This document shows, piece by piece, positions 20,399-31,192 of a DNA stretch of 64,000 nt. The notes under the pieces are model-generated. The model was not told where the DNA came from. It searched no databases and worked only from the letters and a program-made list of their open reading frames with translations. Each line of letters starts with the position of its first letter. Position 1 is the first letter of the stretch. The stretch spans positions 67,038 through 131,037 of the forward strand of contig JBMFSQ010000009.1 in NCBI GenBank assembly GCA_049967475.1, written 5' to 3'. The position numbers were made by a program, and so were the translations under genes. The stretch comes from Chthonomonadales bacterium (GTDB lineage: Bacteria > Armatimonadota > Chthonomonadetes > Chthonomonadales > CAJBBX01).

Positions 20399-21300
20399 AG
20401 CGCGTAGTGAGTGTGAGCCTCGGCACGTCCAAGCGCAATCGCAAGGAAGAAGCGACCTTTCTGGATGTCCCCTTCTCCATCGAGCGCATCGGCACCGACG
20501 GCGACCGGCGGCGCTTCCAGGAACTCGTGCGAGAACTGGACGGCACGATTGATTGCTTCGGGGTAGGCGGCACAGACGTCTATCTCTATGCCGGAACGAG
20601 GCGCTATACGTGCCGAGACAGTCTGAGGCTCATGCGTTACGCTCGCCACACGCCTTGGGTAGACGGCAGCGGGCTGAAGCACACCCTGGAACGGGCAACG
20701 GTCGCCTGGCTCCAAGAGCACGGCGTGCTGGATTTCAGCCGTCTCCGCGTTCTCCTCGTGAGTGGTGTGGACCGCTTCGGGATGGGCGAGGAGCTGGCCA
20801 AGCGCGCAGCGTCTGTGGTTTATGGAGACCTCCTTTTCGGACTGGGGATCCCCATACCGGTGCGTTCGTGGAAGACCGTAGAACGCCTTGCACGGGTGGC
20901 GTTGCCCATAATCGCCCTCTGCCCCATCGAGTGGTTCTATCCCACCGGCAAGAAGCAGGAAGTCAACACGCCGCGGCACGAACGGTATTTTGAGGAAGCC
21001 GATGTGATCGCCGGCGACTGGCATTTCATCCGGAGATACATGCCCAATCGGCTGGCCGGCAAAATCATCCTTACGCAATCGAGCCAGCCACACGAAGTGG
21101 AATTGCTGCGGGAACGGGGCGTGCACATGCTCATTACAACCACTCCGGAGATCGGCGGCGCGGCCTTCGCCACCAATGTTATGGAGGCCGTGTTGGTGAC
21201 ACTCCTAGGGCGCCGGCCTGAAGAGCTGACAGCCGACGATTACATGGCCAAGCTTCGCGAACTCGGGTGGACACCGCCGGTGCGGGTTTTGAACCCGTAG
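20395..21300 (+). CDS. Conserved hypothetical protein (family often auto-annotated 'quinate 5-dehydrogenase')
   Basis: ATGA overlap with dusB; MKRVVSVSLG, ERIGTDGD, VDGSGLKHTLE, VDRFGM, TNVMEA. Confidence 0.7.
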   Translation: MKRVVSVSLGTSKRNRKEEATFLDVPFSIERIGTDGDRRRFQELVRELDGTIDCFGVGGTDVYLYAGTRRYTCRDSLRLMRYARHTPWVDGSGLKHTLERATVAWLQEHGVLDFSRLRVLLVSGVDRFGMGEELAKRAASVVYGDLLFGLGIPIPVRSWKTVERLARVALPIIALCPIEWFYPTGKKQEVNTPRHERYFEEADVIAGDWHFIRRYMPNRLAGKIILTQSSQPHEVELLRERGVHMLITTTPEIGGAAFATNVMEAVLVTLLGRRPEELTADDYMAKLRELGWTPPVRVLNP

Positions 21301-21471
21301 ATACAGGGAAGGCCAAGGGCACCTATTTCTCGGAGGCGGTGCGCCGCAAGACACAACGGTTTTCGGGCTGCGCGGAATAGAGCTCAGCGGCAGTACGCTC
21401 GCGCCGCTCCCGCACCGAGGCTTTCCCGGTTTTGCCGAGCCGGCGCGGTCAAAATGACAAGAAAGGCTTTC

Positions 21472-22578
21472 ATGGAGAAATTCGCCTTCATCATTCATCC
21501 TTTACAAGCGCGGCGCGACGTAGCGCGCAAATACCCCGTCGCCCGCTTCATACCGGAACCTGCCCTGGAGTGGTATATGAAGCGCCGCGGCCCGATCTTG
21601 GCGGCGCACCTTACAGGCATTCGGTCCCCTACGGGGGCGGAAGCCGAAGGCTGGTTCATTGGATGCCCCCTTACTCCACGCCTTTTTCTGAGTATGCCCC
21701 TGGATGAGGTGTACGCCCGCCTCGAGGCTTGCGGGCACATGGCCGAAGAGCTGGGAGCAGGCATCGTAGGACTTGGGGCATTCACGTCCGTGGTAGGGGA
21801 TGGCGGTATCACGCTCGCCAAACGGCTGAGCATCCCGGTGACGACCGGCAACTCCTATACGGTGGCTACCGCAATCGAGGGAACGCGTGAAGCCGCACAG
21901 ATCATGGGCATCTCCGTCCCGGAAGCCACAGTGGCCGTGGTGGGTGCCACCGGATCCATCGGCGCAACGTGCGCGGAAATCATGGCCAGGGAAGCGCGTG
22001 AAATCGTCTTGGTCGGGCGGAACACCCAAAAGCTGCAAGCGCTTGAGGAGCGTCTGTCTGCACGAGGCGGTACGGCGAAGATCTCCTCGTCCATTTCCAT
22101 CGCTGAAGGGCTGAAGGATGCGCAGATCGTAATCACGGTGAGCAGCGCTGTGGAAGCCATCATTCAGCCCGAGCACATCCGGCCAGGAGCCGTTGTCTGC
22201 GATGTGGCAAGGCCCCGCGATGTGTCTGCTTCGGTAGCCGCCAAGCGACGCGACGTCCTCGTAATCGAGGGAGGAGTGGTGCGGGTGCCAGGAGATATGA
22301 AATGCCTCAAGCCTGGGAGCACGCAACCCTTCAGCTTCGGCTTCCCGCCCGGCACCGCCTATGCGTGCATGTCTGAAACCATGGCCCTGGCGCTGGATCG
22401 CCGGTACGAGAGCTTCACCCTCGGCAAGGAAGTGTCGGTTGCCCAGGTAGACGAGATCAGCCGCATCTGCCGCCGCCACGGCTTCACGCTGGCGGGGTTC
22501 CGATCCTTTGAACGGGCGATTTCTGAAGACGAGATACGCCGCATTCGAGCTGCCGCAGGCATCGCCGCTGCTTCCTAG
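21472..22578 (+). CDS. Acyl-ACP reductase-like NAD(P)-binding protein (often auto-annotated shikimate dehydrogenase)
   Basis: FAFIIHP, GLGAFTS, TTGNSYT, VVGATGSIG, CDVARPRDV, GGVV, ACMSET, as in cyanobacterial AAR homologues. Confidence 0.75.
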   Translation: MEKFAFIIHPLQARRDVARKYPVARFIPEPALEWYMKRRGPILAAHLTGIRSPTGAEAEGWFIGCPLTPRLFLSMPLDEVYARLEACGHMAEELGAGIVGLGAFTSVVGDGGITLAKRLSIPVTTGNSYTVATAIEGTREAAQIMGISVPEATVAVVGATGSIGATCAEIMAREAREIVLVGRNTQKLQALEERLSARGGTAKISSSISIAEGLKDAQIVITVSSAVEAIIQPEHIRPGAVVCDVARPRDVSASVAAKRRDVLVIEGGVVRVPGDMKCLKPGSTQPFSFGFPPGTAYACMSETMALALDRRYESFTLGKEVSVAQVDEISRICRRHGFTLAGFRSFERAISEDEIRRIRAAAGIAAAS

Positions 22579-22655
22579 AAGGCACCCGGTGCTGCCGCAC
22601 CGTGCATCCGAGTGGCGCTCCAGGCGCTCCACGTCGCACCCACACGCACCGCCCC

Positions 22656-24713
22656 TCACTCGGACACCAGCGGCTCGGTATACAACTCCACCGTCTCCAC
22701 GATGCGCCGGAACCACCTTCCTGTGCCGTCCAGCATCGGAAACCACCAAGCCGATGGCCGATGTTGCGTATGGACCATACTGCGCGTGGCGAGGATGGCA
22801 TTGCGCACCATGGTCATTCGAGCGACCTCAGCGGCTACCTCCAACTCCTCGATGTGCCGGCGCAGCGATTGTGCTTCGGCACCCCGCTCCAGATCCAGGC
22901 GTTGTTGCTTGAGCCTGTGGATGCGCTCCAAAAGTTCGCGCCGCTGATCCAGCAGATGCGCCACTTGAGCTCCTAGCGCCTCCCGGCGGGCCAGTTCTTG
23001 GGCCGTCCACTGCTCGGTGCGGCGAAAATGATCTCCCCTCTCTCGCTCGGTGGCCACGATCTGTCGCTTGACGCCCTTGAGTTGCCCGTATAGACTGACC
23101 ACCTGCGCCTGCACTTCGGCGGCGACGCTGCGCAGTTGAACCATCCGAGCCTTGGCGCGGTTGTACTCTTCCAGCCGCGCCCCCCACTCGCCGCGGTCCC
23201 GCTCCGCAAGAAAGGCCATCAGTTCACGCGGTTTGCGGATGCCCTTGAGCCTCTCGAGGAGGCGGGATTGGGCGTCAACTGCGGGCCGCCACTCTGCAGC
23301 CAATTCCCATGCTCCCACGCGAGGTCTCCCCAGTGCTGCAGCCAGATGCTCCGGCAAGTTCAGCTGGGCGCCGCATTCGGCCATGGCGTCCCAGGTGTGG
23401 TACCGCATTCGGAGGATCGGATGCACGGCAACGTGCACTCCTCGCCGACGCAGGTAATCGTTCATCTTCCGTGTGAGACGTACGTATTCCGATCCCTCTT
23501 CATTGAACACAAACAGAAACTCGCGGGCCAGCATCGGGATCAGCGCCACGGCCTTGCCTACGAGCGTCACATGCTCCCCCAGGTGAGCCGCAAGGACCTC
23601 TGCCAGATCCCGTACGGACCGGATAGGTTTCTCGAGCGGGATGCGAATGGGCTCGGGCGTCTCTACGTGGACTGCCCGCAAAGTTACACGCAAAGTGCCT
23701 CTCCCCTGCTTGGGCAGTACAAGATCGAAGGGAAGCGCTCCCAACCCGAAACGGTCGAGGGTGTAGATCTCCGTACCTTCTACCGCATGGTTATAGGCGT
23801 CGGCAGCAAGCCGGCGTGTCCGTTCATTGAGGAAGAGATCCACAAATTCGAACCGCGGCAGGTGTGCAGTGTCTGGGGAAAGCAGCAGCAGGTGGGCCGT
23901 GCAGTTCACCTGGATGCCCGGCGGGTCGCCCTCCAACAGAAGCTGGTACAGGCAAGGAAGAAGGTGCTGGTACAGGTCGGTGAGCATGGCATCGGGATGC
24001 GCGTCCCGGTAATCCCGAACCCACTTTAACAGCCGGTCCGCCAAAGCCCGTGCATGGGCCTTGGTGGATGGATCTGCGATCGTTTCGAGGGTGCCCTCGA
24101 AGCCCCATTGCAGCATCTCCTCCACGGCACTGCCCATGAGCCTGAGGGGCAAATGGTGCACAATCAAATTGCGGGAACCGGTGTATACGAGCCCGCGCCA
24201 CCCCCATGCCTCGGTCACCTGGTTGAGAAAAGTCTGGGGATCCTGGGCATGGTGCCGCATGATCCTGGCCAAAGGTACCCCGTGCCGCAATAAGTCCTGC
24301 CTGGTGGGGATGCACTCTGCTCCAAAGAGGCGCGAAATCTCACCTGCTGCAGACCACAATTCCTTGGTTGAACCGTCGTTGTGCGGCATCAGTTCGAAGC
24401 GCGACTGGCCCGCCTGCCGCACCTTCAACTTGGCAAAATAGTCCGTGTCATGGATGCCCACGGTCATGGAACCGCCTAGGCCCCCGGCTTGCAGCAGGCA
24501 GCACAAAACGGCCTTCATCGGCTCGTCCCACCAAATCGTCTGACCCAAAGCGAGGAAGGGGGTATCGGGATACCTATGGCGCAGGTCCCGCAGCAACTCC
24601 AGGGCGGCAGGCGGCGCCGACACGCGAGTGCAGGTTCCACACGGAAGATGGTGAACGGGAACTACAGTGTGGGTGGCGCAGCCAGAACAATCAGAGGGTT
24701 CGTCGTTAGGCAA
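22656..24713 (-). CDS. Large conserved hypothetical protein with C-terminal coiled coil (possibly BshC-like)
   Basis: 685-aa ORF with coherent composition; LGQT, GIHDTD, NEEGSEY, PILR motifs and a heptad-rich tail. Confidence 0.75.
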   Translation of the reverse strand: MPNDEPSDCSGCATHTVVPVHHLPCGTCTRVSAPPAALELLRDLRHRYPDTPFLALGQTIWWDEPMKAVLCCLLQAGGLGGSMTVGIHDTDYFAKLKVRQAGQSRFELMPHNDGSTKELWSAAGEISRLFGAECIPTRQDLLRHGVPLARIMRHHAQDPQTFLNQVTEAWGWRGLVYTGSRNLIVHHLPLRLMGSAVEEMLQWGFEGTLETIADPSTKAHARALADRLLKWVRDYRDAHPDAMLTDLYQHLLPCLYQLLLEGDPPGIQVNCTAHLLLLSPDTAHLPRFEFVDLFLNERTRRLAADAYNHAVEGTEIYTLDRFGLGALPFDLVLPKQGRGTLRVTLRAVHVETPEPIRIPLEKPIRSVRDLAEVLAAHLGEHVTLVGKAVALIPMLAREFLFVFNEEGSEYVRLTRKMNDYLRRRGVHVAVHPILRMRYHTWDAMAECGAQLNLPEHLAAALGRPRVGAWELAAEWRPAVDAQSRLLERLKGIRKPRELMAFLAERDRGEWGARLEEYNRAKARMVQLRSVAAEVQAQVVSLYGQLKGVKRQIVATERERGDHFRRTEQWTAQELARREALGAQVAHLLDQRRELLERIHRLKQQRLDLERGAEAQSLRRHIEELEVAAEVARMTMVRNAILATRSMVHTQHRPSAWWFPMLDGTGRWFRRIVETVELYTEPLVSE

Positions 24714-24889
24714 GGGGTTGGCTCCAATGCAAGGATTTCGGTGCGGTATGTCTGGCGGCGCGGCCCTTCGCAGCTTCCATTACGCCGCTCGCCGGCCTGG
24801 AGTTCCGCACCTCGCGAGGCATACGGCCAAACCGCGTTGGCTGCAGCGCCCCATCTGCCATTCCAGCCTGAGGCTCTTCGCTCCTCCGC

Positions 24890-25852
24890 TTATATGCCGA
24901 ATTCCAACGTGTCATGATTGCGTGCGCTCCTGCGGTGCTTTGTCCGGGTCAGCCCATGCGCATAAAAGGAACACACTTCGTCTACGTGGGGACCGTACGC
25001 TTCGCCGAAGTGGTTCAAATGGATCAAGAGTGGGTAAAGCTGGTGGAGCGGGCGGCGGTAGGCGTACCCCTCGGGCAAGGGGAAGGACCTGCAGTAACCA
25101 TCCATGAAGCCCTTCGGGAAGCCGCCGAACAGTTCGATATAGGCCAATTCCACTTCCCGGTGGCCGTAATAGACCGCCGGATCTACCAGCACAGCCTCGT
25201 TTCCCGCCGAGAGGAAATTGCCGCTCCACAAATCGCCATGGATCAGGCAGGGTTCCTCCGGAATGCCCTGCAGGAGGTCGTCCACTTCTTCGAGAATGGT
25301 TTGCAGTGCGGCTTCACGCCGTGGGGGCAGGAGCCCCAGCCGGCGGGCCCGCTCGATTTGAGGGACAAGCCTGCATTCGCGATAGAACCGGCTCCAAGCA
25401 GCGTGCGGTGTGTTGCACTGGGGCTCTGCACCGAGGAAGTTGTTATACTCCAACCCGTATGCGCCAAAGGGCGAGGGAGCCTCTGCGTGCAGGCGGGCGA
25501 GCCCCTCCCCAAAGCGCCTGCCGAAGGAAGCTTCGTCGCCCGGGGCTCTATGCTCGATGAATTCCAATGCGAGATAGGGTGTGCCGCCCGTGCTCGAAGC
25601 CGCATCCTTCCACGCGATCACCCGAGGAACCCGCAAAGCTCCAACCGCCCCGAGGAGTTCGAGACCGGCTGCCTCCGCCCGAAAGAAGCCCGGCGCTGCA
25701 CCGTGGCGCCATTTCACGAAGATGTCGCCTCTGTCGGTATGAACCCGGGCAGCGTGGCAGATCATGCCGCCTGCCGCCGGCGCCGAGCCTTGCACGGAGA
25801 CGCCCAAATCAGCCTTCAATTGATGCATGAGCGAACGCGGCAATACGCTCAA
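24890..25852 (-). CDS. Fructosamine kinase family protein
   Basis: FVK, AEAAGL, HGDLWSGN, DPAVYYGHRE, LFGGF; TTG start overlapping the upstream stop, AGGAGG RBS. Confidence 0.92.
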   Translation of the reverse strand: MSVLPRSLMHQLKADLGVSVQGSAPAAGGMICHAARVHTDRGDIFVKWRHGAAPGFFRAEAAGLELLGAVGALRVPRVIAWKDAASSTGGTPYLALEFIEHRAPGDEASFGRRFGEGLARLHAEAPSPFGAYGLEYNNFLGAEPQCNTPHAAWSRFYRECRLVPQIERARRLGLLPPRREAALQTILEEVDDLLQGIPEEPCLIHGDLWSGNFLSAGNEAVLVDPAVYYGHREVELAYIELFGGFPKGFMDGYCRSFPLPEGYAYRRPLHQLYPLLIHLNHFGEAYGPHVDEVCSFYAHGLTRTKHRRSARNHDTLEFGI

Positions 25853-26319
25853 CGGGCGGCCTCCTGCAAGATCGCTTCCAGCAATCCCCTGCATCCATCC
25901 CACACGATCTCGAAGACGCGGTCAAATCCTCCGGTGTAGTAGGGATCCGGAACACCATCCACGCCAGGCGTTCGTACATAATCGGCTAACCGCACAAGGC
26001 GGCCTCGAGGGCGCCCCATGGCCACGAGATCTTGGTAATTCTCGTCGTCCATAGCAACCACCCAATCGAAGTATTCCAAGTCCTTCGGCGACACCTGGCG
26101 TGCACGGCCGCTGCATGCGATGCCGTGGGATGCAAGCACATTCCGGGTACCGGGATGGGGCGGCTCACCGACGTGCCAAAAGCCGGTACCGGCGGAATCA
26201 ATCTCGAACTCGCCGGCTAACCCTTCCTGGTTCACCATATGCCGGAAGACAGCTTCGGCCATAGGAGACCGGCAAATATTGCCCAAACAAACGAAAAGAA
26301 CGCGGATCATGTGGTTCAT
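25849..26319 (-). CDS. Low-molecular-weight protein tyrosine phosphatase
   Basis: VCLGNICRSP P-loop, DSAGT, DPYY. Confidence 0.95.
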   Translation of the reverse strand: MNHMIRVLFVCLGNICRSPMAEAVFRHMVNQEGLAGEFEIDSAGTGFWHVGEPPHPGTRNVLASHGIACSGRARQVSPKDLEYFDWVVAMDDENYQDLVAMGRPRGRLVRLADYVRTPGVDGVPDPYYTGGFDRVFEIVWDGCRGLLEAILQEAAR

Positions 26320-26461
26320 GGATCAGCATGAGCATACCCTATAGCCGTGCCCACGGCAGTTACGACCGCGGCTAAAGAAATATCTGAGCCACTTGATCGA
26401 ACAAGTCCACTTCTTCGCGTCCATGAACGGAACCCACGGGGTATACTGTGCAGCAGCATAA

Positions 26462-27793
<1,332 letters not shown>

Positions 27794-27985
27794 GAGCATG
27801 ACACCAAGCGAGAGCCGGTCCGTGCAGGCAGCTCCTCGAACCCTGACGGCTGCCGTGCTGTGACAATAGGGGCGGCGCGCTATGCCGCCATCTCTTTGCA
27901 CCCCTTACCGAAAGCGGCTCGGAGAGATGAGCGCCCACAGCCTACGCCGGCTTCTGCCCGGCAGGATATGCCGTTCAGCAAGAGT

Positions 27986-28522
27986 TCATTTTGCAGGGCG
28001 GCCCGCCGGCGCCGCTTCCGGCGACAGTTCCCGCTCGGCGTGGGTGGCGAACTCTGTTGCAACCTGCCCGTTGAGCCTCATGCGCACCGCCATCTCGGTC
28101 CGCACATTGCCGGGTTGTTGGGTCACGAGCTTGTATTCCAATACCACGTCCGTAGGCTGGGCATTTTGCCGAGGCTTGTAATAAGTAAATTCCGGCCCAC
28201 TGGGGTCATGGCTGAAGTGCAGGTCGGCCTTGGTAAGATACTTCGGCGCCAGCGCATCGAGCTTGTCCGGATATTTCCCGGTCTTTTGGTGGTACCGATG
28301 CAAGGCATCATTGACGCGGCCCATCTCATATTGAAGGGCGGACACGTCCTGCGCCATGCGGGATGCGGCACCAAACGCCGTTTTAATCCGGGGCCACATA
28401 ACGATCACAAGCACCGCGAATACGACCACCACCAAGGCGCACCCGATGCCGCAGGAGAGTGCGCCCCACTTCCAGCAACCCCCGCCCCCGCCCGAAGGAG
28501 CAGGCGGCACTATATCGCTCAT
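27986..28522 (-). CDS. Hypothetical single-pass membrane protein (GspG-like C-terminal motif)
   Basis: GCG-type TM segment then ALHRYHQKTGKYPDKLDALAPKYL; own promoter. Confidence 0.65.
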   Translation of the reverse strand: MSDIVPPAPSGGGGGCWKWGALSCGIGCALVVVVFAVLVIVMWPRIKTAFGAASRMAQDVSALQYEMGRVNDALHRYHQKTGKYPDKLDALAPKYLTKADLHFSHDPSGPEFTYYKPRQNAQPTDVVLEYKLVTQQPGNVRTEMAVRMRLNGQVATEFATHAERELSPEAAPAGRPAK

Positions 28523-28557
28523 TCCCTTCTCCCCTCTACACCCAGGTTCATGGGTAC

Positions 28558-28586
28558 ATAATAAGGGACTGAAGGATTTGCGTCAA
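28558..28586 (-). promoter_or_regulatory. Sigma70-type promoter
   Basis: TTGACG-17 nt-TATTAT. Confidence 0.6.
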
Positions 28587-28608
28587 CCCCGGCGACGGGT
28601 GCTGCCTC

Positions 28609-28992
28609 ATGAAAACACCTCGTACAGTGACACAGTGGATCGTACTCGCTGCGGGTGCGGCTGTGCTGGGCGGATATATGGCTTCCGGGGTCGTTCGCAG
28701 AATGGCGCGCGAGCGGCACATCCAGGAATTCGCCGGAGCGCCGGCCGCCTACAGTACGGCTACGGTCCTCTCTGTGGTACGCGAAGGCGGATCGCAAACA
28801 GGCAGTTCCGGAGGAGCTTGGGCGCTCGTGCGCTTCCGGGGCCGCATCTACACCGCGCGCAGCGCCGTGGAGCCGGAGCTGCTGCAGCCGGGACAAGAGG
28901 CCCGCATCGTGTACCGCACCGGAAGAAGCGGCCGCATCGCCATCGAACGTGTAGAACCACTCTCCGTTCGACCCATGGGCCCTGGCAAATAG
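28609..28992 (+). CDS. Hypothetical membrane-anchored protein (small beta-rich domain)
   Basis: N-terminal TM helix; ATVLSV...LQPGQEARIVY pattern; fills the gap between genes. Confidence 0.6.
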   Translation: MKTPRTVTQWIVLAAGAAVLGGYMASGVVRRMARERHIQEFAGAPAAYSTATVLSVVREGGSQTGSSGGAWALVRFRGRIYTARSAVEPELLQPGQEARIVYRTGRSGRIAIERVEPLSVRPMGPGK

Positions 28993-28996
28993 CCTC

Positions 28997-29917
28997 TTAC
29001 ACTTTCTCGGCGGCCACGGGGTTGGTGAGGGTACCCACTCTGTCTATGCTCACCTCTACCACGTCCCCAGGCTTTAGGAACACCGGCGGATCCCGGAATA
29101 CCCCAACTCCTCCGGGCGTCCCCGTACTGATGATGTCTCCCGGCTCCAGCGTCATCACCTGGGATAGAAAACTCACAAGGTACCCTACACCGAAGACCAG
29201 GTTCCGCGTGTTGGATTGCTGCATCACGCGCCCATTGAGCGTAAGGCGGATATCCAGTTCGTGGGGGTTGCTCACCTCATCAGGCGTAACGAGGGCCGGT
29301 CCGGTGGGAGCAAAGGTGTCGAAGCTCTTGCCGCGCACCCACTGTCCGTCCCCGAATTGGATGTCCCGTGCAGAGACGTCATTGAAGCAAACGTACCCGG
29401 CAATGTGCCGCATGGCATCCGCCTCGGCGATGTACCGGCCGCCGGCGCCTATCACAAAGGCAAGTTCTGCCTCGTAATCCACTTGGTTGGAAAGTTTGGG
29501 GATGCGGATGGCTTCATGGGGGCCGATCAAGGCTGTGGCAAACTTGGCGAAGATGATGGGGCGCGCCGGAATGGGTCGGTGCTGCTCTTCACAGTGATCC
29601 CTGTAGTTCTGACCGACGCAGATGATCTTGCCGGGATCTCCTACCGGTGGACACAATCGGACGGAGCTCAGCGAAAACGCAGCCGGCGGGTCCAAAGGCA
29701 TCGTTTGGAAACGCTCCAGAATGCCCTTGGCAGCCTCGAGCGCAGGCGAACCCTCCGCCAGAAAGGCACGCATAGATTGAGGAAAGCGGGCTCGATCCAG
29801 CCCCAAAATCCGCGCCGCAGCTTCCAGGTCCACCACGCGCGCTCCATCGCTTCCTGGCTCCCCGTTCAACACACCGATGCGCGCCCCATCCCCGGCGTCA
29901 AACCGAACGAGCTTCAC
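28997..29917 (-). CDS. Fumarylacetoacetate hydrolase family protein
   Basis: KIICVGQNY, DYEAEL, NDVSARD, GKSFDTF, TGTPGGVG. Confidence 0.94.
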   Translation of the reverse strand: MKLVRFDAGDGARIGVLNGEPGSDGARVVDLEAAARILGLDRARFPQSMRAFLAEGSPALEAAKGILERFQTMPLDPPAAFSLSSVRLCPPVGDPGKIICVGQNYRDHCEEQHRPIPARPIIFAKFATALIGPHEAIRIPKLSNQVDYEAELAFVIGAGGRYIAEADAMRHIAGYVCFNDVSARDIQFGDGQWVRGKSFDTFAPTGPALVTPDEVSNPHELDIRLTLNGRVMQQSNTRNLVFGVGYLVSFLSQVMTLEPGDIISTGTPGGVGVFRDPPVFLKPGDVVEVSIDRVGTLTNPVAAEKV

Positions 29918-29952
29918 CGAGCATCCTCCTGCAACCTCTCGCCTTCCGACGA

Positions 29953-31128
29953 TTACCTTACGCGACTTGCGCCGGCCGACGCCGTGCATATCAGTACATC
30001 GGGACTTTGGCCCACAGATCGGCTATACCGCGCATCGAGGTGGTCCCGGAACTCCGCCAAGGCATCCTTGTGAACGAGACTCACCGTGCAGCCTCCAAAA
30101 CCCGCACCCGTCATTCTTGACCCAACCACGCCTTCCACTTCCAAGGCCGCCTCCACAAGCAGATCCAACTCGGGCGTCGAAACTTCATAATCATCGCGGA
30201 GGGATCGGTGCGATTCCGTCATGAGGGCGCCAAAGCGCGCCAGGTCCCGGTTCTTCAATGCCGCCACGCTTCGGAGCACGCGCCCATTCTCGGTGATTAC
30301 GTGGCGGGCGCGTCGCCGCAGCACGTCGGGCAGGTCGTCAGCCAAATGAGCGAACAACTCCTCATCCACGTCTCGGAGGGCTCGGATCCAGGGCATATAC
30401 GCGCGGATCGCCTCCACGGCAGCCTCACATTCGGCTCGGCGCGTATTGTACGCAGAATGTACGAGCGATCGGCGCTTTCCCGTGTCCGCCACGGCGATGG
30501 CGTATCCGTGATCCCCTAGGGGCACTGCCTCAAAATCCAAACTCCTCGTGTCCAGGAATAGAGCGTGCCCCTCCCGCCCGAGGCTGCACACGAATTGGTC
30601 CATGATGCCGCACTGCACGCCCACAAACTCGCGCTCTGCACGACGGCAAAGCAGGGCTCGCGCCACCGGTCCTACGTCAAAGCCGCTCGCCGCTTCGAAG
30701 GCCAGGCACGATGCCACCTCCAAAGCTGCAGAAGACGACAGGCCGCTTCCGATTGGGATATCGCCATCAACGCAAAGGTCCAACCCCACTAAGGAATGCT
30801 TCTCTCCCTGAAGGATCTGGGCTACACCGCGGATGTAGTTGGACCACGGCCACCGGTCTGAAGGAGAAAGATCATCCAGATTGAACTCGCAGCGTTCGCC
30901 GAAGGTGCCGGAATAGGCCCGCACCATGCGGTCGGCACGCGGCTCAGCAGCGATGGCGATGGTGCGGTCTATGGCCGTAGGGAGCACGTAACCGTCGTTG
31001 TAGTCGGTGTGTTCTCCAATCAGATTGACGCGGCCTGGGGCCAGAACCACAAATCGAGGATCCTTCCCGTAGGCGCTGCGGAAGGAGGTTGTCACGAGAT
31101 CTGCCATATCCATAGATGCATATTCCAT
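29953..31128 (-). CDS. galK: Galactokinase
   Basis: APGRVNLIGEHTDYN, PIGSGLSSSAA, CGIMDQ, RMTGAGFGG; exact start uncertain. Confidence 0.95.
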   Translation of the reverse strand: MEYASMDMADLVTTSFRSAYGKDPRFVVLAPGRVNLIGEHTDYNDGYVLPTAIDRTIAIAAEPRADRMVRAYSGTFGERCEFNLDDLSPSDRWPWSNYIRGVAQILQGEKHSLVGLDLCVDGDIPIGSGLSSSAALEVASCLAFEAASGFDVGPVARALLCRRAEREFVGVQCGIMDQFVCSLGREGHALFLDTRSLDFEAVPLGDHGYAIAVADTGKRRSLVHSAYNTRRAECEAAVEAIRAYMPWIRALRDVDEELFAHLADDLPDVLRRRARHVITENGRVLRSVAALKNRDLARFGALMTESHRSLRDDYEVSTPELDLLVEAALEVEGVVGSRMTGAGFGGCTVSLVHKDALAEFRDHLDARYSRSVGQSPDVLICTASAGASRVR

Positions 31129-31192
31129 CCGACATTCAAAGGTGCCGGCGCGCGAACCTGCCCCGTAGCATACATCCAGCCAAAAAGCGCGG

